A DNA stretch of 63,733 nt from assembly GCF_002571385.2 (NCBI RefSeq), contig NW_019218077.1, positions 280,139-343,871 of the forward strand, given 5' to 3'. How positions within the stretch are numbered: position 1 is the first letter of the stretch; every line of letters begins with the position of its first letter. The position numbers and the translations under genes are program-made. Positions 13,901 to 27,313 of the stretch are shown here, piece after piece. Under the pieces are notes generated by a model. That model searched no databases. It was not told the origin of the DNA and saw only the letters and a program-made list of their open reading frames with translations. This DNA comes from Stylophora pistillata (lineage: Eukaryota).

Positions 13901-14490
13901 CACCCCCCGCCCGGGTAGCACCCCCCACCCGGGTAGCACCCCCCACCCGGGTAGCACCCCCCACCCGGGTAGCACGCCCCGCCCGGGTAGCACAGAGCCT
14001 TATTCTCGTCCGTCAAGCTATGACCTAGGATTTGGTTCTCTGTCGTCTTCTTGGAGTGGTGAGTAAAATGAAAAAAAATGAGATTAAGGTTTGCAGCATG
14101 CTTGGTTCTTCCACCAAAATAAGTCAGTTATTCCCACACTTTTTTCAAACTGAACTAGTATCAAAAGAGTCACGTTTGCCCAAAACATACCGGAATTCAG
14201 AGAGAGAGAGAGAGAAAAAAAGACTTCATTTACCAGATCTCTGACTCAAATGATTTGAACTAATTTCTGAAGGAATATTTATTTAAAACAGCTATCTTAC
14301 TGATAGCTGCTTGAAAGAAAAAGCTTTTTTTAAAAAATAAAATATGTTTAGCAGTAATTCCTTGACGGACAAGTGCTGACCTTCTTAGGAAATGAAAACT
14401 CTGGCTACAAGCCACACGAGGAGTAATGTATCTTATTATTTTTTTTTATCTTTAGATCACTCCAGCTTCAAGCACAGGTTCAGTACATAG
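10935..14490 (+). CDS. SPATA18: Mitochondria-eating protein (Mieap/SPATA18)-like. Exons 10935-11329, 11643-11738, 11970-12074, 12274-12493, 12835-13005, 13153-13467, 13890-14058, 14456-14490
   Basis: N-terminal NSCEEN...LIELHAKLQGQLF...EGG...LKKRLLPWL resembles the Mieap N-terminus. It is followed by coiled-coil exons and a C-terminal RVAWAM...YRRTYDSEFSA...YFVWPAL...VVAKGKVVT segment. All eight exons join in frame with GT-AG. Could be a paralog rather than the ortholog. Confidence 0.88.
13899..13993 (+). repeat. Coding 18-bp tandem repeat, 5.3 units, encoding (STP[R/H]PG)5
   Basis: Unit AGCACCCCCCACCCGGGT lies in an exon with acceptor at 13889 and donor GTGAGT at 14059, in frame with the Mieap-like CDS. 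Confidence 0.9.
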
Positions 14491-14822
14491 TCAGGTTCTG
14501 GGGAATGTAAAGGTAATGGTCTGTTTTACCCTGTAGCTCGCAACAAAAACGTAAAATATTTTAACGTTTTTAAGCTTGAATATTTCATTATTTTGCACAG
14601 TTTCCCAAGTGATATTTGAAGCTTGCAAGCTTCATTCATGGAAATGTTATGCTAACTTCTTCAAGTATTGTAATAACAAACTGACACCCAAACTTTTTTT
14701 CTCAGTCTATTAATAATGCTCTCTAATTATTTCCTTTTCAGGGAGCATTCAAGACATAAGTATCCTCCATATTGAGTGACTATTAAGCTGAAGACATCAT
14801 GAATGAGAACATGCAATGCATA

Positions 14823-14975
14823 TATCTTATTAACCAGGTGCAAGAGCCATACTGAAAGAATATCGGCCCAAGGTCTTGACAGTATGGACTGAGCGCAGGG
14901 AGGTCCGTACAAAAAAGACCAAGGGCTGATATTCTTCCAGTATGGTCCCGAGCAAGCTTGGTTAATAAGAGATTT
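14823..14975. repeat. Foldback (palindromic) interspersed repeat; similar hairpins at ~4230-4380, ~5790-5940, ~22283-22440, ~53225-53378
   Basis: Left arm TCTTATTAACCAGG...CCATACTGAAAGAATATCGGCCCAAGGTCTT pairs with right arm AAGACCAAGGGCTGATATTCTTCCAGTATGG...TGGTTAATAAGA. Confidence 0.75.
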
Positions 14976-15975
14976 ATTATACGACTGAAGTTCAAAGGGA
15001 CACAAGTGCAGTATCATTTGGGACCATTCGGGACAGTGCCCGGTCCAATACTGAGAGAATATTGACCGGCAATAGAGCATTTCGATTGGTTGATTTTAGT
15101 TATTGGCCCTCTGACCCCCCAAGTCGTGTAATAAAATGTCTTACATCTCTGTAGTTTTATATATTTTATTTCACTCATAAAAAAAACTTGCAGATAAAAT
15201 TTCTTACACTACCCATGTTGCATTTTGCACATTAAGCAACTGCTTGAAATACACTCTACCCAGTTTTATATCTGAATAAAATATTTATATCTCTAACTGG
15301 AAATTAAAAGTTGATGAACTACTTCATTAAAAATGGCAAACACTCAAAAGACTTCCAGCATAAAATTGTTACCAGCCTCAACAAGCCTTAATCTAATCTC
15401 TCTCATTTTTTCAATGAAGTAGATAGGTGAGAGGCCAGTTGTGTGAGCATTTGCTAGAGCCAGATTTCACCCTGATATCAAGCCAGAAAAATAACTGTTT
15501 CAGAAGATACCAAGTGTTCTTTGAAAGCTCCAAACTGCTAAACCTAAATTTACCTATCATTAAGACCAACAAGGCCAAGGAATCTCTTTTAACTAGTATA
15601 AAAATTCAGAGAAAGAATATAGCTTTAGAAACACTTGGCAGTGGCCAGTTCACATTATGAACTCAGTTGATGAAACCAAATTATTATCTTGTACTACTCC
15701 CACTGACGCAGCACCACAGTATCTTTAGAAATGTACCCCTTTTTAACCAGGAAAAAAAATATAGGACCACCCCAAAAAGGGGCAAAGGTGAATTCAGAGG
15801 GGGATGAGAAGTATGAAATGGCTGGATGGTAATTTCTTTAAAGAAAGTAAGAAAACAGCAGTGAGAAATTCTCATGGAGGCAGACAGACCAAACTTAAAG
15901 CCCCTTTAAAAGTCTTCTAACAAAACAGTTAATAGAAAGCTGATTTTTTATTTCTCAGGACCCTCCCCTGTCTGC

Positions 15976-17626
<1,651 letters not shown>

Positions 17627-18007
17627 CGTTGATAAATACAGCAGCGGTAAGCTAGGGACAGAAAAAAATTTGTACAAAGGGGTGAGCGAAGGGAAAGTAA
17701 AAAAATTCTTCTCGCCTTTTCTCGCCCTCTCCCTGCACCTTCCACTGTAACTCTAAATCCTAATGGCCAGTCGAACAAGTGATCGCGAGCTTGTAACGTC
17801 CACTCGCCCGATGTGCTACATGAAAATCGTCAGGCGTACTATGGCCAGTTTTTTTGGTCGTGAATCTATGACAGTAGCCTAGGAGCTAGTCGGTGAACGA
17901 GGTCAGCGATCTTCCAAACGAACTATTAACGTAATGCAAATGTTGTGTCGGTTTCACGCATCTTGTGTCTTGTAACGTTAATAACTTGCTTTTATCAGTC
18001 AGTAGCA
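17627..18007. promoter_or_regulatory. Putative bidirectional promoter between GLOD5 and EMC7
   Basis: Divergent ATGs at 17626 (-) and 18008 (+) are separated by only 381 bp; CpG-richer than flanks. Confidence 0.7.
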
Positions 18008-21000
18008 ATGGCATTGACAGAACTGTACATGTTTTTAGTATTAATGATATTTACAATTCTTCCAAACGTTTGGCAAGCGGACGGGAACACTGGCGAGGAG
18101 TCTTTGGAACGCTACAAAATCGATGGAAAAGTGTTCATACAAGGCTTCAAACCAGCTGGTAAGACTTTGAAGTGTGTATCGTCTATGTTACTTCATCGTA
18201 AGATATCATAACAGTGATTAAGATAATTCTTCTAGTGCTGATTTCTCTATTTTTGATGTTTGTAGCTTCGAAATTTGCACACAATTTGGTAAAGGTCTCG
18301 TCTTTTATTCTGGTATAAAATGATTTAATTTACACTTGGGAGTTAAAAAAAATGTATTTTTCAAATGCTTTCATTTGCTAGTCCTAAAGTGAATAAGTAA
18401 TGTTTAGTGTAAAGTAGAATTTTAGAACGGGATTAAACCTCATAACCAGGCCAGCTGAATTTATTTAGCTCGTACTACGGAACAGAATGAATGAATTAGA
18501 CCAGCAATTTAATGTCTGGTTACAAATGGAGACCATGGACTGCAGGTCAGGTCTAACATGCAGAATCAGGAAAATGTGATATTAAAAAAAAGATTCAATT
18601 TTTCTGAGTATATTTTCTTTCTGGGAACACATAGGAAGACAAAATGTGGTGAGAACTAAGTGGTGTTGTGAGCTGTAGGATCAGCCTTTTGTTACATGAT
18701 AATTTGGATATATCAACAAAGTTGAAATGGTAAATTGGCCACCATAACAATTACAAAAGCTGACATTTCAAGTGTTGGCCCTTCGTCGGAGCGAATAGAG
18801 GAATTGTGGGTTAAGTGTGCTTTTAAAGGCAGAAAATGGAGCTACTTTATTGGTGGGAACATGGCAACGAGAAAAACATGAATAAATTAGTGGAATGGAA
18901 AGCGTTCATTGATACCTGTGGGATTTAGACTTCTGGTTTGAAAGATGAGCTTTTGTTCTAGAGTTTTACGGCTTTCCGTGCTACCTAAGTGTAAGGAAAG
19001 ACCGCAGATTGCCATATGTTGCTTAGAATGATTAGGTAAATTAAAATGTCTAGCGTCTGGTTTCGATGTGTCCTTTTCATTCCTTTCCACGTCTCAAAGG
19101 TGTTCTTGGAATCGGTCTCCTAGTCTTCTGCCTGTTTCACTGATGTATCTCTTTTTGCAATAAGTGCAAGTTATGCAAGAGATTACATTCGCGACATGGA
19201 AAGGAATGACAAGGACACATCGAAACCATTCGCTAGACATTTTAATTTACCTAACCATTCTAAGCAACATATGGCAATCTGCAGTCTTTCCTTACACTTA
19301 GGTAGCACCGAAAGCCATAAAACTCTTGAACAAAAGCTCCTCTTTCAAACCGGCAGTCTAAATCCCTCAGGTATCAACAAACGCTTTTCATTCCACTAAT
19401 TTATTCGTGTTTTTCTCCTTGCCGTGTAACGTAGCTCCATTTTCTGCCTTTAAAAGCACAGACAACCCACAATTCCTCTATTCACTCCGACGAAGGGCCA
19501 ACGCTCGAAAGTCAGCTTTTTGTAGTCGTTACGGTGGCCAATTTACCATTTCAACTTTGTTGATATATCCAAATTATTTCGTTTTCCCCCACTGATGCAG
19601 CCCCAAACAGTTTCTTTAGAAACTATTAGTCTTTGTTCTTTTGTTACATGGTTTTTCAAGTCTTGACATATATCACCTTGTGAGAAATCTTCTCTCAAAC
19701 TACTAATTTTATAAAGTGCTACTCAGCATTGCCAGTGGGCTTCCACCAACTGATCTGCACCACCATGTATGTCTTACATGCCTCACATTAATCCTCAACA
19801 TGCAAGTGATTCTGAGCACTGACTGCCATGCATTTACTTGAGAATTAGGGGGGAGAATTTGATCCTATATCAAGATAACATTTTCCAGATGATGAAGTCA
19901 GTAAGACTATTTATTTGAATAAAAAGGAGAAATTCCACGTTAATCACTTCTAGATGCGAAAGGGTTGAGTTGGAAAGGACCATGAAAGAGTTTGTTGAAT
20001 GAAATCATTTATTTGGAAGCACCTTGGTAACACTACTGTAGCACTATAATTCTTACAATTAATGGAGTTGTTTTTATTTTCATTAGACTGGATTTCTCAA
20101 ACCAAAATTCTTGTAGATGGTGGGAATTACATTGGCTTTCTCAAAAGTGATGGTAGCTTCACTGTAAACAATGTTCCGGCTGGTTCATATGTAGTAGAAG
20201 TTATGTCACCAAACAACCTCTTTGAGCCTGTCAGAGTTGACATCACCAGAACAAAGGGTAAAATCAGGGCAAGAAAAGTCAACTTTCTTCAGAATTCAGT
20301 TGTTGCCACTGTCCCCTACCCTCTAAAATTCAAAGCGAAAGAACCAGCACCATTTTTTGAGAAGAGGGAACAGTGGAAAGTCACTGATATGCTTTTTAAT
20401 CCCATGGTGAGTGGTCACAGCAACTGTTTATTGCTCTTTCACTCCTAAGAATGATGTGCACACTATAACCCCTGAATCACACATTAAGGTCAGGAGAATA
20501 AAGAAATGATCGACAGAGCTGAATAATGTTGAAGGTATGCAGTCAACAATGTGGGCTCAAGCGTGTGAGGTTTCAAATTTTGTGAAAATGATAAGGAGCT
20601 GGCATTCAAAACTGAGGCATTTTGTTGTCATCAAAGGCATTTTACTATTTCCAAAGTTTTTAAGGAGAAAAATAATTTTCAAAAAATATTTAGGGGTTGT
20701 ACAAAGTTTTTGGAAGTTGGTCTGCTAAAGAAAAGCAGCAAGGAAAACACTGCCTCAATAGAATAGAAAATCAACCATGCGAACGACTCAAAATCCAAGT
20801 TTCTGTGCCAAAACCTAGCACATATGCAGACGTTATTCAGCTCTGTCGAAATGATCACCAAGTAAATAAACTCTGATTGTTAAACAAGTTCTCCTTGTGA
20901 GGTGTGAGTAGTCCAGTGGTTAGTGCGCTGGATTCTGGGTCAGACAACTTGAGTTCAAGTCCTGGCTGGGGCTTGACGTTGTATCCTTAAACAAGACACT

Positions 21001-22337
21001 TCACTCACATTGCTTGTCTTCTCAGATAAGACGTAAAGCCGGAGGTCCCATCTCTTGCATCTCTTAATTAGTTAATTTTAGGTAGGGGAGGGGATGTTAA
21101 GGAACCCACATCATAAGATTACTGTCAGGTGGTCTGGTCTGTTTACTGGGAATTGGAGGAAAGGGGCATCTGTAAAATTTCTCCTTTGTTGATTGTAAAT
21201 TGCCACTGGCAGTCTGGAAAAGTCCCCCGCTCAGTGTTGTAAAGCCCGTTAGATCATTACATGGTAAATGCACCATAGAAATTGATAAAATTATTATTAT
21301 TATTATTATTATCACCTGAAGAAATGTATAGAGAACAGTATTTGGAGAATATGCATAGAGATGTTAGGGTGTAAAGGAACAGAGTAAACTGAAGTGTTTA
21401 ATTTTCAAGAACTCAAAGCAGTTTTGAGGGGGTAATGAGATGCATTACAGGTGGTAAATTATAACTGTGTACCAGTCTGGTTACTGCCTGAAAAGGACAA
21501 CACTGGTTAATATGCAGCAGATGGAAGTTTTCTGACAACTGTTTGTATGCCAGCTTTTGGTTGTCTTAAAGATGATCACATCATTTGGCTATCCATGGGT
21601 TTGTTTAAATATTTGACCTAATTCAGGGATGTAGATAATAGCCGGAAGCCGGGAAAATTACCTGGCTGTGAACGCGATTTTTCCGGCTGTAAAGCACTAC
21701 TTCTTTCTCCAAAGTGTTTTTAAATGTTGCCAGAAGATTGTTATTTATTTATTTCGTTTGTCTACACCTTCATTGCTCTCTTACCTGAACTGAAAGGATT
21801 GTAAACACTCCATTTACTGCGACAATCGCACCATTTGCATCGCATTGTCCATTTTGCAGGCTCAATGGCCAGCGGTATTTGTAATTCAGGTATGCAAAAT
21901 AATGAATAAAAATACCCAAATACCCAAGCCCAAATACCCACCTATCATTGCTAGATTCCCGCTTGTTAAAAACTTAGCTACATCCCTGCTGATTTTGTAG
22001 CTTTGCAGAGCATGATTCATCTTTTTATTCGTTCAGTTTTTATTTTTAATTTAAGATGAACCGTACAGTCAGGTTTTTTTGCCTAACATACACTGCCATC
22101 AAGAAATATCAAAACTAAGGTTGAATTTTGATCCTGGATAAAATTTATTCTTTTGCTTCTGTACAGGTTCTGATGATGGTTTTGCCGCTCCTCTTGTTGT
22201 TAGTTTTGCCAAAACTTATCAACAGTCAGGATCCAGAAACACAAAAGGTAGAAAGAACCTTTCAGTATTTGCAATATATATATCTTATTAGACATTTTGT
22301 TGTGTAGTATCCCTGCATATTTTTATGAGTTGTGTTA

Positions 22338-22369
<32 letters not shown>

Positions 22370-23336
22370 ACAAACAACAAGTAAAAATACTCAGCAATAA
22401 CACACAACAAAATGTTTGATAAGTGATTTATTATCCAACACGCCAAATTGTCATTTCAGTGTGGACAAATTTCACAGATATTTCTGGAGTAGAAATATCG
22501 CATGATATTTATTCTTGTCTCATGCATTATTTGTACTCTACAAAGTGCAGTTGGATAATAAGTATGTATAGAGTAAGCACTTAGCACTCAGGCTGCTTGT
22601 GTTGGTCTGAGGTAAGACTTTTGATCAAAAACTTTCATGATTTGTGCCTGATGCTTTGATTGCTAAGAGTGAATTACTTCTAATTTCTCTTAGCAATATC
22701 ACACAAGAATAAAGGAAATGATCACCAGCTAAAGAAGCTCTTGATTGTTAAACAAATTCTTCTAGTCAGCACCGTAGGAAATGTATAGAGAACAGTATGG
22801 AGAATATGCATACTGATGTTAGGTGTAAAGGGTTAAGCATTGTGCTTTCTTTCATAAATCCTCACCCATGTATTTGATGTTATTAGTGGTCCAATAATGC
22901 TGTAGTGCTGAGGATAAATTAGAAGAAAGAGAAAAAAATGAAACAATTGGAATGATTTTTCTGCAGCTTATGTTCTCCCCTTCCTTTTCTTTCTTTTTTT
23001 TATTACTGTGTATTGTTCCACTAGTTTTGTCAGAATACTGTTTACCAACTAAACTCCTGAGAAAGGCAATGTTTCCAGCATTTTCCTATACACTGCATAG
23101 TTCATTTTATGGTAAAGATAATTCTAATTAACTGTGTGAACTCTGGTATAATCATTGCTTTTTTTTTTTTTTTTTTCAAGGAAATGCAATCCTCAATGAA
23201 CATGTTTAACCAGTCAAAAGATCTACCTGACATCTCAGATTGGTTTGCAAAGAACTTCTCATCTGGCAGTAAGAAAAAAACAACCAGCAAAACTGCACAA
23301 AAGAAAGCTGTGGTAGGGAGTGCAAGAAGACGTTGA
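18008..23336 (+). CDS. EMC7: ER membrane protein complex subunit 7, 235 aa. Exons 18008-18158, 20087-20406, 22167-22247, 23181-23336
   Basis: Signal peptide; YKIDGKV; GFLKSDGSFTVNNVPAGSYVVEV; FEPVRVDI...GKIRARKVN; PYPL; FEKREQWKVTDMLFNPMVLMMVLPLLLLLVLPKL...DPETQKEM; basic tail. Confidence 0.96.
18699..19637. mobile_element. Penelope-like retroelement, two inverted 3' arms (GIY-YIG C-terminus plus pLTR), in EMC7 intron 1
   Basis: ARHFNLPNHS...RKTLEQKLIFQ...GINERF on both strands (18887-19090 -, 19196-19399 +); flanked by 13-bp direct repeat CTTTTGTTACATG (18686-18698, 19638-19650). Confidence 0.92.
20899..21312 (+). mobile_element. tRNA-derived SINE with Nin/Deu-like core, inserted in an older MITE
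   Basis: Head TAGTCCAGTGGTTAGTGCGCTGG...GAGTTCAAGTCC, core GTCTTCTCAGATAAGACGTAAAGCCGGAGGTCCC, (ATT)n tail. Flanks match the two halves of the repeat seen intact at 22660-22836. Confidence 0.75.
21624..21988. mobile_element. MITE with CAGGGATGTAG terminal inverted repeats (hAT-like)
   Basis: CAGGGATGTAGATAA at the left end and TTAGCTACATCCCTG at the right end. No clear TSD. Confidence 0.6.
22660..22836. mobile_element. Short non-autonomous element ending AAAGGG-TTAA (piggyBac-like MITE family)
   Basis: Shares ATGTATAGAGAACAGTA...GAGAATATGCATA...GATGTTAGG.TGTAAAGG with 21324-21378; more distant relatives at ~2510-2660 and ~19840-19968. Confidence 0.55.
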
Positions 23337-24091
23337 GTTCATTTGTAAATTTTGCATCAATGTTCCATGATAAGATTTGGCTTCATACTGTCTGCAAGGA
23401 TCTTTCCAACTAACAATAGACACTTTTGGTAACAATATGAAACTACAGCACTGTATAACGAGAGTGTGGTCTGGGCACTAAAGTTGACATGACTTGTACT
23501 ATTAAATTTCTTTGTTTTATAACAAATCGCATGTGCAGTTCACCTCATCAGTTCACCTCATCAGTACACTTTTGAACTTATTTATTGATTACTCAAAGTA
23601 CAAAGACAATTTCATAAACCAAATGCTAACTTACAAGCATGGAATACTTGGGATGAATTATACATGTACTTTATCTTTTTCCTTAAAACTATGATTCATA
23701 GTGCTGTAGAGCTATACAGAGGAGTTTTTAAGTCAATAATGTTGTCTCTTGGTGCTGTAATTTTTTTTCCCAGTGTACACACAACTTAATGATGAGGGGG
23801 GGGGGGGCAAGGAAACAGGGAGGAATGAGGGGGAAGCGAACAGGAAGGGAAGAGGTGAGGGGAAAGTGCTAGTTTTTTTCTGACTAGTGTAAAGTATTAT
23901 CATATTGAGGAGACGTCATTTACATGATTACTTGTGAGTGTTTGCCCTTTTTTTAAAAAAAAAAAAAACGGAAGAAAGAAGGAGCCGTATTCAATTCGAG
24001 CAAATGTTCGTGTAGAATAAGCAGTAGAACGGCCATCAGTTTCTTTTCTGGTCCAATTACGAAGACAAATGTGAAAGAATTCCTAAAAATA

Positions 24092-26061
24092 TCAACTGAA
24101 CCGGTATTGGGAGCTGCGCCGTGAAGATGTAGCAGCTTTAGCTCCTTGCTCGCCATCACTAGACTCTTCATCATCAGTGGAAGCCTCTTCCTCCAGGTTA
24201 TCAAACCCCTGGCAGGGTTCTTCTTCGTCGTCACTCTCCTCTTGTTTTTTGTCTTTGGAAAACAGCTCTTTCTTGATGAGCTTCCAAGTCAGCTTTTTCA
24301 CAGGGATTCCCTTGCTCCAAATGGATGCGTTCACCTCTGGTTCTTCGAGATCTTTTTTCATGAGGTAGACAAACTCGGCGATAACTGACATAAGGAAGGC
24401 CACTTGTTCTGTTTGTACTTCCACCCACTCAAAACGCAGCTCCTCTGTGAAGTAGATCTCAAAGTGGATGCTGTCACCCTGAGCCTGAGACCAACGGCGG
24501 ATTTTTCGCCACGGAGCGAAAAATGCTGACTTCTCTGGTAAGAGTTAAAAAAAAAAAGGGTTAGGTCTTCCAAGGCGACATAGCGAAATAATTTATCTCT
24601 GAGCTTTTCCTGGTCGCTGAAGAACAAAGTGGCTAGGAGCAATTGCTGCTTCTCCGGATGTAATGTCAGTCCATAATAGTTTTCTTCACCCCCATCCCCC
24701 ACAATTTCGTCAAATTCCCTTTACAATTTGCTAGTACCCATTTGTGATAGTTGAGTACCTTGTTCAAGAACACAATGACCAGGTCCGTACTCGACCCAGA
24801 ACTTATCGACCCGGGGTCCAGGGCACTATTCACCAAACCCCTGTGTCTCTGTTGAGAAGGACCCGCATCAAGTGAAAACTAGTATTATGTCCTGAACGGA
24901 AATGGTAATGCTAAGACACGTCTCGGTGAGCGAGCTACAAATAAACCATATAAATTATCAGAGAGGTGAACCCAAAACTGTAACCCTCTATCGTGAAATA
25001 CTGAAAACGTCTTGAATTTCAGTGTTACAATTCGCGTTGTCGTCGTTATCATGATTTTAAATTCGTCCCACAAGTTTAAAATGAATGAAATAACATGAAA
25101 TGAGCCGTATGAATAGTTCCTTCAGCTCCAGTTCTCTGCATTCGTAATTTTCCTTCATTTCTCTTCTGTATGCCGTTTTTAACCAGCCATGCACGCAACA
25201 ACGCTAAACAAAGAATTGCCAATCGTTTGTCGGTACCCTGATGTTCTGCTACGAAAATAGGTGCGCGGAAATCTAATTGTACATTCCAATTTCCTTTCAG
25301 TTTTTCGCTACTTTCGATAAGTCTTGCCTCATGAAGCAGTCAATAATTTTTAAACAAAGTTATCTAATGATGTATGACTAATTACCGAAGACTTGCACTT
25401 CAGTGATTATGTAACTGAGCCATAGGTTAGCTCAAGAACTAAAATTTATCACACACTCACTTGATTTAATCATTAATCCTCTGCGGTTGGCTATCAGATC
25501 AACCTGCATTCCTTGAGTGAGTGAGACTTCTTTCATTTTAACATCATTTTGAATTGTACAATCGTTCAAGAAAACGTAGCCATACCCGAACATTTTCTGG
25601 CAAAGTTCCACGTACTGCTTGTCGCACGGAAAAGCTGGATTTCTGTATTCCTTTATTAGAGGAATGTGATCTGGTTTCGGCTTAAGCCTACCGTATCGAA
25701 TATCCTCAATACACTGTAAACAGATCAAGTGCATCGCCCCAGCATCTGTTTTAAGATGTTTTTGCTCTCTCGGAACGTCGAATGACCACTTTTGTATTGA
25801 TATAACGTAGCGGCATGGAAGGTAAATAAATTCGTTGTTACCGAACTTTTTAGTAGGATTTTCGATTCCGCGGAAGAGACCGAAAAACTGTAAACTGTTG
25901 GCGTTAATTCCCAAAGTTTTTCCAGCTATTTCCAGCAGATCTTCAGCTCGGATTTTCTCTCCGTCGACCTCAACGCGAACTGCAGGCTGTGTTCCTTCAG
26001 GGAAAGTCCAAACACAGATTTTGTCCTTTCTTGGGATCGGTTTCGATTTTGTTTCCGCCAT
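24092..26061 (-). CDS. FERM domain-containing protein (FRMD8-like architecture), 347 aa. Exons 26061-25461, 24534-24092
   Basis: Ubiquitin-like F1 lobe (LGINANSLQFFGLF), helical F2 (LICLQCIEDIRYGRL...QYVELCQKMFGYGYVF), PH-like F3 (IANRRGLMI...PWRKIRRWS...VQTEQVAFLMSVI). A phase-1 intron joins in frame; acidic tail. Confidence 0.8.
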
Positions 26062-27154
26062 TTTATCTGAACTTTAGCATACTTACTGAAACTTTGTGTG
26101 TTAGAGGCATCTTTACGCATTCATTAGATGATAATTCTGTCTGAAGACAAATCAGTGATAATAAGGTTCTTAACCGCAATTAGCACATCAAAAAATACAG
26201 ACCTTTCACATTTCAGTTTACACAAAACATGTCTTAAGTGGTTGGCGTAATTTAGAACGCATTTAAATTATAAATGAGACGACAAATTCCTTCTTTTTAC
26301 AGAAAGCTAAGAAGAAATATAATTAATTTTGTTGTATAGGGAGTATGAAAAGCACTAAAAAATGAAACTATCTTTTAGAAATTTTTTTTAAGAATTCTCT
26401 AGCAAAAGGAAGTGATGGCCGTCGCGGAGTTTACAGAGGCTGAAAAACTTTTGGTAAGGTGAAAACTTAAGATAATTTTTTCTAATTTGGCCCTTTAACA
26501 TTGGTTAATTTGAGTGATGAGTTCTTTAAGCAGTCAAGAGACAGATTTATTTGTGACCGAGTCAAAATAGAGAACCATTGGAAGTGGACTTCAGTCGTGT
26601 TACACTCATAACACTCAATTGATACTCAACAGCATACCTTTGATGATTTAGTTGTTGTGAATGGATTGACACAGTGGTCAAACGTCTCAGCGCATGCGCG
26701 AACGTTGAACTGTCGGCGTGCGTTCAGGCTGTCAGACCCAAGTTGTCACACAAGAATTACACTCAATCACCCAACCAAAAAGTTGCGTTGTTTCAAGAGC
26801 GTAGTAATAACTTTTTCGATAAAGCTCATAACAAAATAATAAATTAACAGGATACCCGTAATCCGAATAATCTTTGGGTTCGAAAAGGTCTCAAGTTTTC
26901 CTTTTCCTTCCTTTTGACCGCTGCGTTTTAAACGTGGGCTGTAAGCCAATTCTTCGCGCAAAATTTTAAACAAATGTATAAGAAACAACTGCTGTCACAC
27001 AAAATATAAGAAAATAAATTGAAACGTTCGTAGGAATCTGTAATTTTATCGCAATCATGAAGAAAACTTCCAGAAAACCAGTGCAGCTGAAAACGTTTTC
27101 CATCATGAATACCTTGTGTCAATAGTAGAAGACAAATTGTGTCAATAGTAGAAG

Positions 27155-27313
27155 TTAAGTTGAGGTCAGTGGTTCGAATCCCGTACAGGCCTGATTTTTT
27201 TCAGGTCTGATTTTCGCTATTGCTTAAATAGCGCTATCTACTGCGAGGATCGTACATCATATGTATTTAATACCGCAGTTCAAAATATATGAACTTCATA
27301 TAATTCATTGTAT
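27155..27313 (+). mobile_element. 5'-truncated tRNA-derived SINE with target-site duplication
   Basis: B box GGTTCGAATCCC; TCAATAGTAGAAG directly repeated on both sides. Confidence 0.7.

Noticed and set aside
13899-13993. CRISPR-like array, or the minus-strand (CYPGGG)n ORF
   Set aside because: No spacers and a eukaryotic context; splice sites and frame support the plus-strand STPHPG reading.
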